DNA of 64,000 bases from an uncultured Gemmatimonadales bacterium. GTDB taxonomy: Bacteria; Gemmatimonadota; Gemmatimonadetes; Longimicrobiales; RSA9. Of this stretch, positions 10,167-20,052 are shown one piece after another. The notes under the pieces were generated by a model that saw only the letters and a program-made list of their open reading frames with translations, was not told the DNA's origin and did no database searches. Position 1 is the first letter of the stretch; the number at the start of each line of letters is the position of its first letter. Location: contig CAVUKA010000001.1 in assembly GCA_963741945.1 (NCBI GenBank), positions 384,001-448,000 of the forward strand, given 5' to 3'. Position numbers and translations under genes: made by a program.

Positions 10167-12517
10167 CGTCCGATCTCCCGTTCGCGCCGCAGGTCGAGCC
10201 GGCCATTCCGGTCGGCGGAAATGACGACAGCCCCATCTTCATCCGTCCTGAAGATGCGAATACCGTGCTGCTGGAGTCGGCGAAGGACGGATCCGGCCGG
10301 GTGCCCGTAGTGATTGTGACGTCCGACGGAGACGAGCGCCACCCGGGGGTGAAGCGCGGCGAGGAGCGCCTCCCCCGTAGACGTGGCGCTGCCATGGTGG
10401 CCGACCTTGAGCACCGTCGCCTGGAGCCGGTCGCCGTAGCGAAGGACGATCTCGTCCTCGACCGCGAGGGGTGCATCGCCGGTCAGGAGCGCCGAGAACG
10501 CGCCATACGAGACACGCATGACGACGCACGCCGCGTTGACGTCATCGACGCGTGGTGACACGGTGGCCGGGTGTACGATTTCGATGGTGACGCCATCAAT
10601 GTCCAGTGTCACGCCTCTCGAGAGGCCCACCCACGGGACCCCCGCCTCGGCCGTGACCCGGAGCACGTCCACGTACAGCCCCTTCCCTGCCGGCACACCG
10701 GGATCCCCGACCCAGCGCGGGCGCAGGGCCCGCACCACCGCGGCCGATCCGCCGGTGTGGTCGCCATCCGGGTGGGTGAGCACGAGCGCCTCCAGGCGCC
10801 GGGCACCGTGGCGACGGAGGTACGGCACCACCACCCGCTCGCCTGCGTCGTAGCCGTTCGATGCCGGTCCGGCGTCCACGAGCACCCAGCGTCCGGCCGG
10901 GGAGCGGAGGGCGAAAGCGTCGCCCTGCCCCACGTCGATCATGTGGATCTCCACACGACCGCTTGCCGGCCGGACGGGCCCGAGCAGCAGCACGACGGCG
11001 CTGATGGCACCCCAGGCGGCGAGGCGCGACACCGGGCGCAGGCGCCCGAGCCGCCGCGAGACCAGGTAGCCTGCCAGGACCGCGCAGGCGAGGAGGAGAA
11101 CGCCAGGCCCGCTCACGGTGAACGCGCCCCCTGGCACCGCAGCCGCGAAGGTGGCGACGCGGTCGAGGAGGGCGAGCAGGGCGTTGCCCGCCCCGGCCAC
11201 GAACGTTCCGGCCGCGGGCCAGAGGAGGGCGAGCAGGAGGGAGAGGGCGAGCGTCGGGATGATGGCGCCGACCAGGGGAATGGCGGCGAGGTTGGCCAGC
11301 ACGCCCACGGGCGCGACGCGGCCGAAGTGCCACGCGGCCACCGGTGCCGTAGCCAGGGTGGCGGAAAGGCTGGTGGCGATGCCGTCCGTCCCCCAGCGGA
11401 TCGCGGACGCCGCGCGGCGCCCCGTCCGCGAGCCGCCCCCGGTGGCCCGACCGACAGCCGCGCGGATGCGCGTCAGGAGCGGGCGCCGCAGGAACAGGAT
11501 CCCGCCCACGCCAGCGAACGAGAGCTGGAAGCCGGGCGCGAGGGCGGACGCCGGGTCGCATGCCAGGAGCACCAGGGCGGCGGTCGCGATCAGGGAGGCC
11601 GCCTGCGCCGGGCGCTGCAGCGCGCGGCCGGACAGGAGCAGGACGATCTGCACGGCTGCCCGGGTGGCCGCCGCGGGCGCGCCCAGGAACGCCACGTATG
11701 CAACAGTCCCCGCCGCGGCGGCAGGCGGCCCGACCCGCCGCGGCAGGCGGGCTGCGCCGGCCAGGAGCAGGAGCACGCCGGCGATGAGCCCGACATGGAG
11801 CCCGGATATGGCCAGCAGGTGGCTCAGCCCGGCACGGGCGAACCGCTCACGGACCTCGGTATCGAGCGCATCCCGCTGCGCCAGCAGCAGTGAGGCGACG
11901 AGCCCCGCCCGCCGCGGATACAGCGCGTCCACCCGCGACCTCGCCCCTTCCCGCATCGCCCCCAGCATTCGCCGCAGCGGGGCCGGCCTTGAAGAGGGAC
12001 CCGACCAGGCGCTGTCCACGAGCAGGAGCGCACCGCCGCCGAGCGCGCCCGCCCCCGGCGCCCGCCACAACCGCGCAATCGCCCCGAAGCCGGCAGCCGA
12101 TGCGGGCGGTGAGCCGAGCCGGGCCGCGTCCCAGCGAGCGCCCACCTCCATCGTGCACGGGGTGGTGCGGCCTCCGGATTCGACGGCCGTGATCCGGACG
12201 CGGGGGGCGGGACCACCCTGCAGCACCGTCCCCTGCACCCGGAGCCTTGTTTCCGCCGGCAGGTGGGCAGCGCAGGAGGCGCGGGCCTGGGCGAGGCGCG
12301 CCGTGCCCGTGGCGCACCCCGCTGCGAGCATGAGGGCGAGCAACCCGTGCGTCCCGGTCCGCAGCCGACCCGCGGCCGCGAGCGTCGATGCGGCGAGGGC
12401 CAGGAGCACGGCTGGCAGGAGGAGCGTTTCGAGCCGGGCGGACGGAAGCCGTGTCAGGCCGCAGGCGATTCCGGCGGCGAAGACCACTGCGGCCGGGAGG
12501 AGAGGGGCGCGGGGCAC
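10163..12517 (-). CDS. comEC: DNA internalization competence protein ComEC/Rec2
   Basis: Competence domain GLSHLLAISGLHVG, multiple TM segments, metallo-beta-lactamase domain (DVGQGD, LTHPDGDH, LTGD, LKVGHHGS, NHYGHP). Confidence 0.95.
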   Translation of the reverse strand: MPRAPLLPAAVVFAAGIACGLTRLPSARLETLLLPAVLLALAASTLAAAGRLRTGTHGLLALMLAAGCATGTARLAQARASCAAHLPAETRLRVQGTVLQGGPAPRVRITAVESGGRTTPCTMEVGARWDAARLGSPPASAAGFGAIARLWRAPGAGALGGGALLLVDSAWSGPSSRPAPLRRMLGAMREGARSRVDALYPRRAGLVASLLLAQRDALDTEVRERFARAGLSHLLAISGLHVGLIAGVLLLLAGAARLPRRVGPPAAAAGTVAYVAFLGAPAAATRAAVQIVLLLSGRALQRPAQAASLIATAALVLLACDPASALAPGFQLSFAGVGGILFLRRPLLTRIRAAVGRATGGGSRTGRRAASAIRWGTDGIATSLSATLATAPVAAWHFGRVAPVGVLANLAAIPLVGAIIPTLALSLLLALLWPAAGTFVAGAGNALLALLDRVATFAAAVPGGAFTVSGPGVLLLACAVLAGYLVSRRLGRLRPVSRLAAWGAISAVVLLLGPVRPASGRVEIHMIDVGQGDAFALRSPAGRWVLVDAGPASNGYDAGERVVVPYLRRHGARRLEALVLTHPDGDHTGGSAAVVRALRPRWVGDPGVPAGKGLYVDVLRVTAEAGVPWVGLSRGVTLDIDGVTIEIVHPATVSPRVDDVNAACVVMRVSYGAFSALLTGDAPLAVEDEIVLRYGDRLQATVLKVGHHGSATSTGEALLAALHPRVALVSVGRHNHYGHPAGSVLRRLQQHGIRIFRTDEDGAVVISADRNGRLDLRREREIGR

Positions 12518-12554
12518 TCAGCGCCGCCGCGTCCTGGGCCGGAAGGCCCCGGTA

Positions 12555-14024
12555 TCAGGCCACGCGCACCGCGTCGCCGGGGATGCGGGTGCCGACGAAC
12601 GTGGCGCCCGTGGTGCTGTCGAGGCGAACGGTCGTGAAGCGGCCGATGAGGTCCATCGAACCGGGAAACGCCACGACCTTGTTGCGCACCGTGCGCCCGA
12701 GCATGTCGCCTTCGCTGCGGGCGGAGCGCTCGACCAGCACGTTCTCCACGCGCCCGACCTCCGAGCGGTTGATCTCCGCCTGGATCGCCCGCTGCACGTC
12801 GATGAGGCGCTGCAGCCGGGCCTGCCCCACCGCGTCCGGAAGGAAGTCCTCCGCGGGCAACCGGGTGGCCGGCGTCCCCTCCCGGGGCGAGTAGCGATAG
12901 AGGAACGCGTCATCGAAGCGGACCGTCCGCATGAGCTCCAGCGTGGCCTCGTACTCCTGCTCCGTCTCACCCGGGAACGCCACGATCACGTCCGTGGACA
13001 GCGCCAGGTCGGGGATGGCGCCCCGCACCGCCTCCACGATCTCGAGGTAGCGCTCCACCGTATACCGCCGCACCATCCGCTTCAGGATGCGATCACTCCC
13101 GGACTGGACCGGGAGGTGCAGCTGCCGGCACACGGCCGGCTCCTCCGCCATGGCCGCGACGAGCCCGGGCGTCACGTCGTTCGGGTGCGGCGACGTGAAG
13201 CGGACGCGGCGGATCCCGTCCACCCGCGCCACGGCCCGGAGCAGGCGGCCGAAGTCCCAGTCCCCGTGCGCGTAGGAGTTCACGGTCTGCCCCAGCAGTG
13301 TGACTTCCGTCACTCCGTGCTCGACCAGCGACCGGACTTCGGCGAGCACCTGCCCGGGCTCACGGTTCTTCTCGCCGCCCCGCACGTACGGGACGATGCA
13401 GTACGTGCAGCGGTAGTCACAGCCGCGCTGCACGGGCACCCACGCGCTCACCCCACCCGTGCGCCGCACCTCCAGGCCCTCGTAGTTCTCGTGCGGCGCG
13501 AACTCCAGCACCGCCATGCGACGATCCTCCGGCGCGCTCGCGGGCCCGCCCGGCAGCACCGGGAGCGACCGGCCCCGCGAGCCGGCCGCGGCCGCGCCGG
13601 TGCCGGTTCCCGCTGCCCCACCAGCGGCCGATCCGAGTCCCGATCGCACACGCGCCAGCACCTCCGGCAGACTGCGGTACCCGTCCGGTCCCATCACGAG
13701 GTCGATGTACGGCGCCTGATCGAGCAGCCGCTCACCGAGTCGCTGCGCCATGCACCCGGTGACCCCGATCACGAGATCCGGGTTCGAGCGCTTCAGCCGG
13801 TTCAGCTCCCCCACCCGCCCCAGCACCCGCTGCTCCGCGTGCTCCCGGATCGCGCACGTGTTCACCAGGATCACGTCCGCGTCCTCGGGGCGGTCGGCCA
13901 CGTCGAAGCCATGCGACGCCAGGATGCCCTCCATCAGCTCGCCATCGCTGATGTTCATCTGGCAGCCGTACGTCTCGACGTAGGCCTTGCGGGAAGGGTG
14001 CGGCCGGCGAAGGGGCGATGCCAT
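12555..14024 (-). CDS. miaB: tRNA-i6A37 methylthiotransferase
   Basis: ETYGCQMN, NTCAIRE, GCMAQ, radical-SAM CDYRCTYC, RFTSPHP, HLPVQSGS, C-terminal TRAM domain. Confidence 0.96.
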   Translation of the reverse strand: MASPLRRPHPSRKAYVETYGCQMNISDGELMEGILASHGFDVADRPEDADVILVNTCAIREHAEQRVLGRVGELNRLKRSNPDLVIGVTGCMAQRLGERLLDQAPYIDLVMGPDGYRSLPEVLARVRSGLGSAAGGAAGTGTGAAAAGSRGRSLPVLPGGPASAPEDRRMAVLEFAPHENYEGLEVRRTGGVSAWVPVQRGCDYRCTYCIVPYVRGGEKNREPGQVLAEVRSLVEHGVTEVTLLGQTVNSYAHGDWDFGRLLRAVARVDGIRRVRFTSPHPNDVTPGLVAAMAEEPAVCRQLHLPVQSGSDRILKRMVRRYTVERYLEIVEAVRGAIPDLALSTDVIVAFPGETEQEYEATLELMRTVRFDDAFLYRYSPREGTPATRLPAEDFLPDAVGQARLQRLIDVQRAIQAEINRSEVGRVENVLVERSARSEGDMLGRTVRNKVVAFPGSMDLIGRFTTVRLDSTTGATFVGTRIPGDAVRVA

Positions 14025-14035
14025 GGCGGACCGGG

Positions 14036-15244
14036 TCAGGTTCCGAAGAGCGCAATGGAAAGCCCCACCCGCCACATGCTTTCGCTCAGGTCGCCCACCG
14101 TGGCGTCGCCCGCGGCCGTGCGGGAGCCCCGCTGAATGGACAGGTCCACGGAGGCCACCGGATTGGTCGGATCGGCGCCCACGCGCATCCCGAGCCCGCC
14201 GCCCACGAACCACTCGGCGGGCGCGTCGCTGACGAACGTGAACGGGAGCTGACGGTAGCCGCCGCCGAGGCGCACCGGGAACGTGCGGAGACTGCGGCCG
14301 TCGCTCCGGGTCCACTCCAGCCCGCCACCCACCTCCCACGTGTCGCGGGTTTCCAGCTCGGGACCGCCAGAGGGCGAGTAGACGGCGCCCTGCGTGGCGC
14401 TCCATCCGCTCCAGCGACCGGACAGCGCCGCGAGCAGTCCGGGAGCCAGGTATCCGCTGGCGCCCGCGGCCACCTGGAGAGGCATGTCCAGCTCGCGGCT
14501 CGCCACGGGACCAGCCATGGAGTCGGCGGAGAGTGTGCCGGACCAGGTCACGCTGGCTGCCACCCGTAGTACGCTCATGGGATCCCAGTGGACGCCGAAC
14601 TGGGCCATGGGACCGCGGAACCGCCAGCGCGACGTCTCCTGGTAGGGCTGCAGGTTGGCCACCGACGTCGTGTCGAAGAGGCGACGATAGTCCACCCGCT
14701 GGTTACCGGCGTGCATTCCCACGGCCGCGCCGACCGCAAGCCGGGTCCCGATCGGGACCGCCACGCCCACCTGCAGCGTGCTGATCCCGCCATCGGATAT
14801 GAGGCGGTCCCGGTACGAGACCGTCTGGGAGCCGAGCGCCGCGGTCCCCTCCGAGACCACGCCCCAGCTCTGGTCCAGGAAGCCACCGTATCCGGCCGTC
14901 AGCACGACCGGGCCGGTGGGGAAGATCAGCCGCATCAGCGGGAACCGCGTCGTGCCCACCGTCTCGCTGCCTTCGCCCGTGCTCACGCTCCGCTGCGTCA
15001 CGTCCATCATCAGGACGCCGCCCTTGCGCAGCACCCCCGCGGCGGCGGTGGGGTCCACCATGCTCGACGAGAACCCCTGGAGCCCAATGCCCAGGCCGCC
15101 CAGGATCTCACCACGGGCATCCACCGGCAGGAGCGGATAGCCGAGCCCGCGGACCGAGGTCAGCGACTGCGCCGACGCGCCGCCTCCTCCCACCAGCCAC
15201 AGCATCACCACCGCCGCAGCGGCGGTCCAGCGTGTCGACCTCAC
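14036..15244 (-). CDS. Putative outer-membrane beta-barrel protein (FadL/OmpP1-like)
   Basis: GTG start overlapping the upstream stop; signal peptide ending ASA-Q; GLGYP...GGLGIG N-terminus; alternating amphipathic strands; near-terminal F. Confidence 0.6.
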   Translation of the reverse strand: MRSTRWTAAAAVVMLWLVGGGGASAQSLTSVRGLGYPLLPVDARGEILGGLGIGLQGFSSSMVDPTAAAGVLRKGGVLMMDVTQRSVSTGEGSETVGTTRFPLMRLIFPTGPVVLTAGYGGFLDQSWGVVSEGTAALGSQTVSYRDRLISDGGISTLQVGVAVPIGTRLAVGAAVGMHAGNQRVDYRRLFDTTSVANLQPYQETSRWRFRGPMAQFGVHWDPMSVLRVAASVTWSGTLSADSMAGPVASRELDMPLQVAAGASGYLAPGLLAALSGRWSGWSATQGAVYSPSGGPELETRDTWEVGGGLEWTRSDGRSLRTFPVRLGGGYRQLPFTFVSDAPAEWFVGGGLGMRVGADPTNPVASVDLSIQRGSRTAAGDATVGDLSESMWRVGLSIALFGT

Positions 15245-16530
15245 GGCGCCACCTTCGACGCGGGCACAGTCACCACGATCCGGAGCCGGGGCCCGTTCCC
15301 GGTCGCCAGCGTCGCGAACGCGGCATACCCGAACGTGAGCCCCTCGCCGAACTCCGCTACCGCGAGCCAGGAGACGGCCATGCTGTCCGCCGCGGCCGCG
15401 GCCAGGTTCTGGACGAAGGTCGTCACCGGGACGTTCACGCGCGGCGGCGAGGGGGAGGAGCCATCGAACAGGTCGGCGCGCAGGCTGTCGGCGGTGACGC
15501 CCAGGGGCGAGCTCAGCGCCGAGCGCGTGATCGGCACGCCGGGGGCACCCAGGACCGAGCTGCTCTGGGCGAGCATCGGGCGCTCCAGGAGCCAGGCCCC
15601 CACGGGCACCGGTTGCAGCTGCAGGACGGCCGCGTTGATCTTCACCTCCGAGAGGGGCAGCGTGCAGGTGGTGGCGGTGGCGGAGCACGGCACCGGCAGA
15701 TCGAACAGCGGCCGGAAATGGAGCAGCGACCGCCAGCTGGGCAGGCCACCGACGCGCATTTCAGCCGGACCGGGCGCCGGGGGCTCCGGCGAGGCCACCA
15801 CGGTCTGGCCGCCAATGCCGCCCCCCGTCAGAACCGTGTCACGGAACGCGGGCAGCACGTCGAACGTCAGCGTCATGGAGCGGATGAAGATGCGGGCGTC
15901 CGGCGACGCGGCGCGCAGCATGCCCCCCATGTCCCCTGCCGCCGTATCGGACCAGACGGAAGCGGCAGCGGAGTCCAGCTGGATGCGCAGCGTGTCCCCC
16001 GACTCCCAGGTGGTCTCCGCCAGCACCGGCCCGGGCGTTCCGCCGGGTGTGGTCCACGGCTCGGACAGCGACGCCGTGTCGTAGCGCAGCTCCCAGCTCA
16101 CGGTCGACGGGTCCCAGTCCTGGGTGAGGTCCACCACCTGCAGCGCCACGGGTCCGGGCGTGCTCGCCATCGTGTCCACGATCACCGTCAGCGTCGCGCC
16201 ACCCAGCGTGGGGAAGCTGTCCGTATGCGCGACGTTGCCGCTGTCCGTGTAGCTCACGTTGCGCGGGCGCCGCACCTGGAAGAGGGTGTGGGCGTCCAGG
16301 ACGCCGTCATAGTCGTGCGCCACCATCCGGAAGCTCGCCCGGTTCAACGAGCCCAGGCTGTCATACGTGGTGTCCGCGAGGAGGAACTCCGTCGGGTCGA
16401 GGACCACGTCGAATGTCTCTGCGTGCTGCCCGACCAGACCGACACCCACCGTGGTGGGGCTCTCGTCGGCACAGCTGGCCAGGCTCACGATCGTCGCGAG
16501 GCCCAGCACCGTGATGGCTATCCGCCGCAT
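15241..16530 (-). CDS. Hypothetical lipoprotein
   Basis: MRRIAITVLGLATIVSLAS-C lipobox; operonic position; GAGAGG RBS. Confidence 0.75.
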   Translation of the reverse strand: MRRIAITVLGLATIVSLASCADESPTTVGVGLVGQHAETFDVVLDPTEFLLADTTYDSLGSLNRASFRMVAHDYDGVLDAHTLFQVRRPRNVSYTDSGNVAHTDSFPTLGGATLTVIVDTMASTPGPVALQVVDLTQDWDPSTVSWELRYDTASLSEPWTTPGGTPGPVLAETTWESGDTLRIQLDSAAASVWSDTAAGDMGGMLRAASPDARIFIRSMTLTFDVLPAFRDTVLTGGGIGGQTVVASPEPPAPGPAEMRVGGLPSWRSLLHFRPLFDLPVPCSATATTCTLPLSEVKINAAVLQLQPVPVGAWLLERPMLAQSSSVLGAPGVPITRSALSSPLGVTADSLRADLFDGSSPSPPRVNVPVTTFVQNLAAAAADSMAVSWLAVAEFGEGLTFGYAAFATLATGNGPRLRIVVTVPASKVAP

Positions 16531-16552
16531 CTATCCTCTCTCGAGCTCCGTC

Positions 16553-17686
16553 TCATGCGCTCCGTTCCACCCTCGGCAACCGCGTCCCCAGCCCCGTCAG
16601 GATCTCGTACCCGATCGTACCCGCCAGCGCCGCCACTCCGTCGACACTCACCCGCGCTCCGCCATCCTCGCCGATGAACGTCACCACATCCCCGACCGCC
16701 GCCCCTTCCACACCGTCGAGGCGGATCGTGGTCAGATCCATGCTCACCCGCCCCACCATCGGCACCGGCCGTCCCCGCACCAGAGCGGTCCCCCGGTTCC
16801 CCAGCGACCGCGGCAGGCCATCGCCGTATCCGATCCCCACCGTGCCCCAGCGCTCCGGCCCGCGGGCCACGTGTGTGGCCCGGTACCCGACCGTGGTGCC
16901 CGGCGGCACATCCCGGACCAGCACCAGGCGCGCCCGCACCGACGCAACCGCGCGCGGTGGCGGCACGTCCGCCACCCGCGGCGCCGGATGCCCGCCGTAC
17001 AGAAAGATCCCGGGGCGGACCGCGTCCGCCCGGTACTCCGGCCAGCGCAGCGCCGCAGCGCTGTTCGCCGCGTGCACCAGGAGATCGGACGCGGGGACCG
17101 GGAGTTCTACGAGCGCGTCACGAAAACGTTCCCACTGCGTCGCGCTCGCTCGCGGATTCGGCGCGTCCGCACTGTGGAAATGAGTGAAGCACCCCGTCCA
17201 CCGAACGGCCCGGCCCATCCGTCGGAGCACCGCCGGCGCCCACTGCCCCACTTCGCGCCAGTCGAATCCGCTCCGACCCATTCCCGTGTCCACCTCGACA
17301 TGGAAATCCAGCGGCTCGCCACCCGCCCGCTCCGCCGCCGCCGCCCACGCATCCAGCCCATCCACCGACGAAATGGACGCCGTCAGCCGATGGGCCGCCG
17401 CCACGTCCACGGCCTGCGGCGACATCGGGCCCACAACCAGGACCGGTCGCGTGATGCCATACGATCGCAGCGCTTCTCCCTCCGACGCCGTGGCCACGCC
17501 GAAGCCCCACGGCTCCAAGGGGTCCAGCGTGCGGACCACGCCCCGGGCACCCAGTCCGTACGCGTCCGCTTTCACCATCGGGATCACGGCCGTGCCGTAC
17601 CCCGTGGAGCGCCGGATCGTATCATAGTTTGCGCGCACGGCGTCGAGATCCACCTCGATCCATGCGCGCGCTTCACCGATTGCCAT
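16553..17686 (-). CDS. alr: Alanine racemase
   Basis: PLP lysine motif VKADAYGLG, VDTGMGRSG, HAANSA, VRPGIFLYG, GYGDG, GRVSMD, TIGYE. Confidence 0.97.
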   Translation of the reverse strand: MAIGEARAWIEVDLDAVRANYDTIRRSTGYGTAVIPMVKADAYGLGARGVVRTLDPLEPWGFGVATASEGEALRSYGITRPVLVVGPMSPQAVDVAAAHRLTASISSVDGLDAWAAAAERAGGEPLDFHVEVDTGMGRSGFDWREVGQWAPAVLRRMGRAVRWTGCFTHFHSADAPNPRASATQWERFRDALVELPVPASDLLVHAANSAAALRWPEYRADAVRPGIFLYGGHPAPRVADVPPPRAVASVRARLVLVRDVPPGTTVGYRATHVARGPERWGTVGIGYGDGLPRSLGNRGTALVRGRPVPMVGRVSMDLTTIRLDGVEGAAVGDVVTFIGEDGGARVSVDGVAALAGTIGYEILTGLGTRLPRVERSA

Positions 17687-17733
17687 AACACGCAAAGAAT
17701 GAATAGTATAGGCGCGCCGTGAAGCCCAAGCAA
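17680..17733. promoter_or_regulatory. Overlapping divergent sigma70-like promoters (alr and mazG)
   Basis: Plus strand: TTGCCA-N18-TAGTAT. Minus strand: TTGCTT-N17-TATACT. The two -10 boxes overlap at 17704-17710. Confidence 0.55.
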
Positions 17734-18567
17734 TCGGACGCGCTCGAACGCGTCACGGATCTGGTCCGGTTCCTCCGGGCCCGCTGCCCGTGGGATGCCG
17801 CGCAGACGCCGCGCTCTCTCATCCCCTATCTCCTGGAAGAGGCCCACGAGTGCGCCGACGCCATCACCGATGGTGATGATGACGCGCTCCGCGCCGAACT
17901 GGGCGACCTCCTCCTCAACCTCGCCTTCCAGCTCGTGCTCGCCGACGAGCGCCACGCGTTCGATGCCGATGCCGTGGCCGAGACGGTGATCGAGAAGATG
18001 CGACGTCGCCACCCTCACCTCTTCGGGCTCGGCGAGAAGGAGGAGTGGGAAACGCTGAAGGCCAGGGAGCGGGAGGCCGATGCCAGCCTTCTGCACGGGG
18101 TGGCCCGGGGGCTGGATCCGCTCAGCAAGGCCCACCGGATCCAGGACCGCGTGGCCGCCGTGGGCTTCGACTGGGCCGATGCCACCGGCGCGTTCGAGAA
18201 AGTGGCGGAAGAGCTGGAGGAGGTCCGGGAAGCGATGGCGGCGCTGCGCACCGCGCCTGCGTCGGAGCCGGGCCGGGGGACCACGACGGACGCGCACTCG
18301 GCCGCGGACGGCGAGTCTCCGGAGCGGGCGGCGCTGGAAGAGGAGCTGGGCGACCTGCTGTTCGCAGTGGTCAACCTGACCCGTCTGGCCGGATCGCACG
18401 CGCTGACGGCGCTGCACTCTGCGAACGCCAAATTCACGCGCAGGTTCGAGGCACTCGAGCGCCTGGCGTCGGAGCGGGGTGTCGAGCTGCGCACCGCCGG
18501 TCTGCCGGCGCTCGACGCTCTCTGGGACGAGATCAAGGCCGGAGAAGCGGGGAAGTCCGGAAGCTAG
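17719..18567 (+). CDS. mazG: Nucleoside triphosphate pyrophosphohydrolase MazG
   Basis: CPWDAAQT, LLEEAHE, ELGDLL twice, GFDW, ANAKFTRRF, LWDEIK. Confidence 0.95.
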   Translation: MKPKQSDALERVTDLVRFLRARCPWDAAQTPRSLIPYLLEEAHECADAITDGDDDALRAELGDLLLNLAFQLVLADERHAFDADAVAETVIEKMRRRHPHLFGLGEKEEWETLKAREREADASLLHGVARGLDPLSKAHRIQDRVAAVGFDWADATGAFEKVAEELEEVREAMAALRTAPASEPGRGTTTDAHSAADGESPERAALEEELGDLLFAVVNLTRLAGSHALTALHSANAKFTRRFEALERLASERGVELRTAGLPALDALWDEIKAGEAGKSGS

Positions 18568-18594
18568 TCCCGGTGCGAGGCCGCCAGTCCGGGC

Positions 18595-19893
18595 CTACGG
18601 ATAGAGCCGGTTGATCAGCCTCGGGAACGGGATCAGCTCCCGGATGTGTCTGCGCCCCGTGATGTACGCCACCGTCCGCTCGAGCCCCAGCCCGAAGCCC
18701 GAGTGGGGGAATCCACCGTACTTCCGCAGGTCCAGGTACCAGCCGTACGCCTCTTCGGGGAGCTTCTGCTCGCGAATGCGCCCGAGCAGCTTCTCGTAAT
18801 CGTCCTCGCGCTGGCTGCCGCCAATGATCTCGCCATAGCCCTCCGGGGCGAGCAGGTCGTCGCACAGGACGGTGCGCGGATCGGCCGGGTTCTCCTTCAT
18901 GTAGAACGCCTTCGCCTGTTTCGGATAGTTGTAGACGAAGACGGGGCGGTCATGCTGCTCGCTGATGGCCGCCTCGTGGGGAGCGCCCAGATCGTCGCCC
19001 CATTCGATCGCGTGACCTTCGCGATCGAGGAACTCCACGGCCTCGGTGTAGCTCACGCGCGGGAACGGCGGCTTCACGTTCTCGAGCCTCTTCACATCGC
19101 GCTCGAGGGTTTCCAGCTCCTCCGCACAGTTCTCCACCGCCCGCTGCACCAGGTAGGAGACGAATTCCTCCTGGAGCCGCATGTTGTCGTCGGAATCGGC
19201 GAACGCCACTTCCGGCTCGCACATCCAGAACTCGGTCAGGTGGCGCCGCGTCTTGGATTTCTCCGCGCGGAACGTCGGGCCGAAGCAGTAGACCTTCCGG
19301 AACGCCGCGGCCGCGGCCTCCGCGTAGAGCTGGCCGGTCTGGGCGAGGAAGGCCTTGTCGCCGAAATAGTCGGTTTCGAAGAGCGTGCCCGCGCTCTCGC
19401 CAATGGCGCCGGAGAGGATCGGTGTGTCGATGCGGACGAACCCCCGGTCGTAGAAGAAGTCGTGGATCCCTTTCTCGACCTCGTCGCGGACGCGCAGCCC
19501 GGCACGCTGCTGCGTCGATCGGAGCCAGAGGTGCCGGTGATCGAGGAGGAATTCGACTCCGTGCTCCTTGGGCTGGATCGGGTACTCGCCGATGGTTTCG
19601 GACACCAGCTCCAGCGCGCTCAGTGTCAACTCGTACCCGCCAGGGGCCCGCTCGTCCGCGCGCACGGAGCCGGTCACCCGGATGCTGGACTCCTGCGTCA
19701 GGGTGCCGAAGCGCGCCCAGGTGGCTTCGTCCACTTCCTTCCTGGCGACCACGCACTGCACCACGCCCGTGCCGTCCCGCACCACGACGAACCCGATCTT
19801 CCCGTGCGAGCGCGTGGTCTCCACCCACCCCGCGACCTCCACGGTCTCGCCCTCGTGGCCCCCGAGCTCCCGCACCTCCACCATCTCTGCCAT
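18595..19893 (-). CDS. asnS: Asparagine--tRNA ligase
   Basis: OB-fold N-terminus, [53 protein letters not shown]. Confidence 0.96.
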   Translation of the reverse strand: MAEMVEVRELGGHEGETVEVAGWVETTRSHGKIGFVVVRDGTGVVQCVVARKEVDEATWARFGTLTQESSIRVTGSVRADERAPGGYELTLSALELVSETIGEYPIQPKEHGVEFLLDHRHLWLRSTQQRAGLRVRDEVEKGIHDFFYDRGFVRIDTPILSGAIGESAGTLFETDYFGDKAFLAQTGQLYAEAAAAAFRKVYCFGPTFRAEKSKTRRHLTEFWMCEPEVAFADSDDNMRLQEEFVSYLVQRAVENCAEELETLERDVKRLENVKPPFPRVSYTEAVEFLDREGHAIEWGDDLGAPHEAAISEQHDRPVFVYNYPKQAKAFYMKENPADPRTVLCDDLLAPEGYGEIIGGSQREDDYEKLLGRIREQKLPEEAYGWYLDLRKYGGFPHSGFGLGLERTVAYITGRRHIRELIPFPRLINRLYP

Positions 19894-20052
19894 GGCTCCC
19901 CCAGACCTTCGTTCGTGTCGGAGGCGGAAGATGGCTGGTGAAATCCGTCCGCGTCAACGCGGGACCGTGGCGGCACCGCCGTCGACTCCCCCTGCGGCAC
20001 GGGGGTTGCCTCTTCCTCCGGCCGAACACTCCGCTGACCTGGAGAGAGACCG

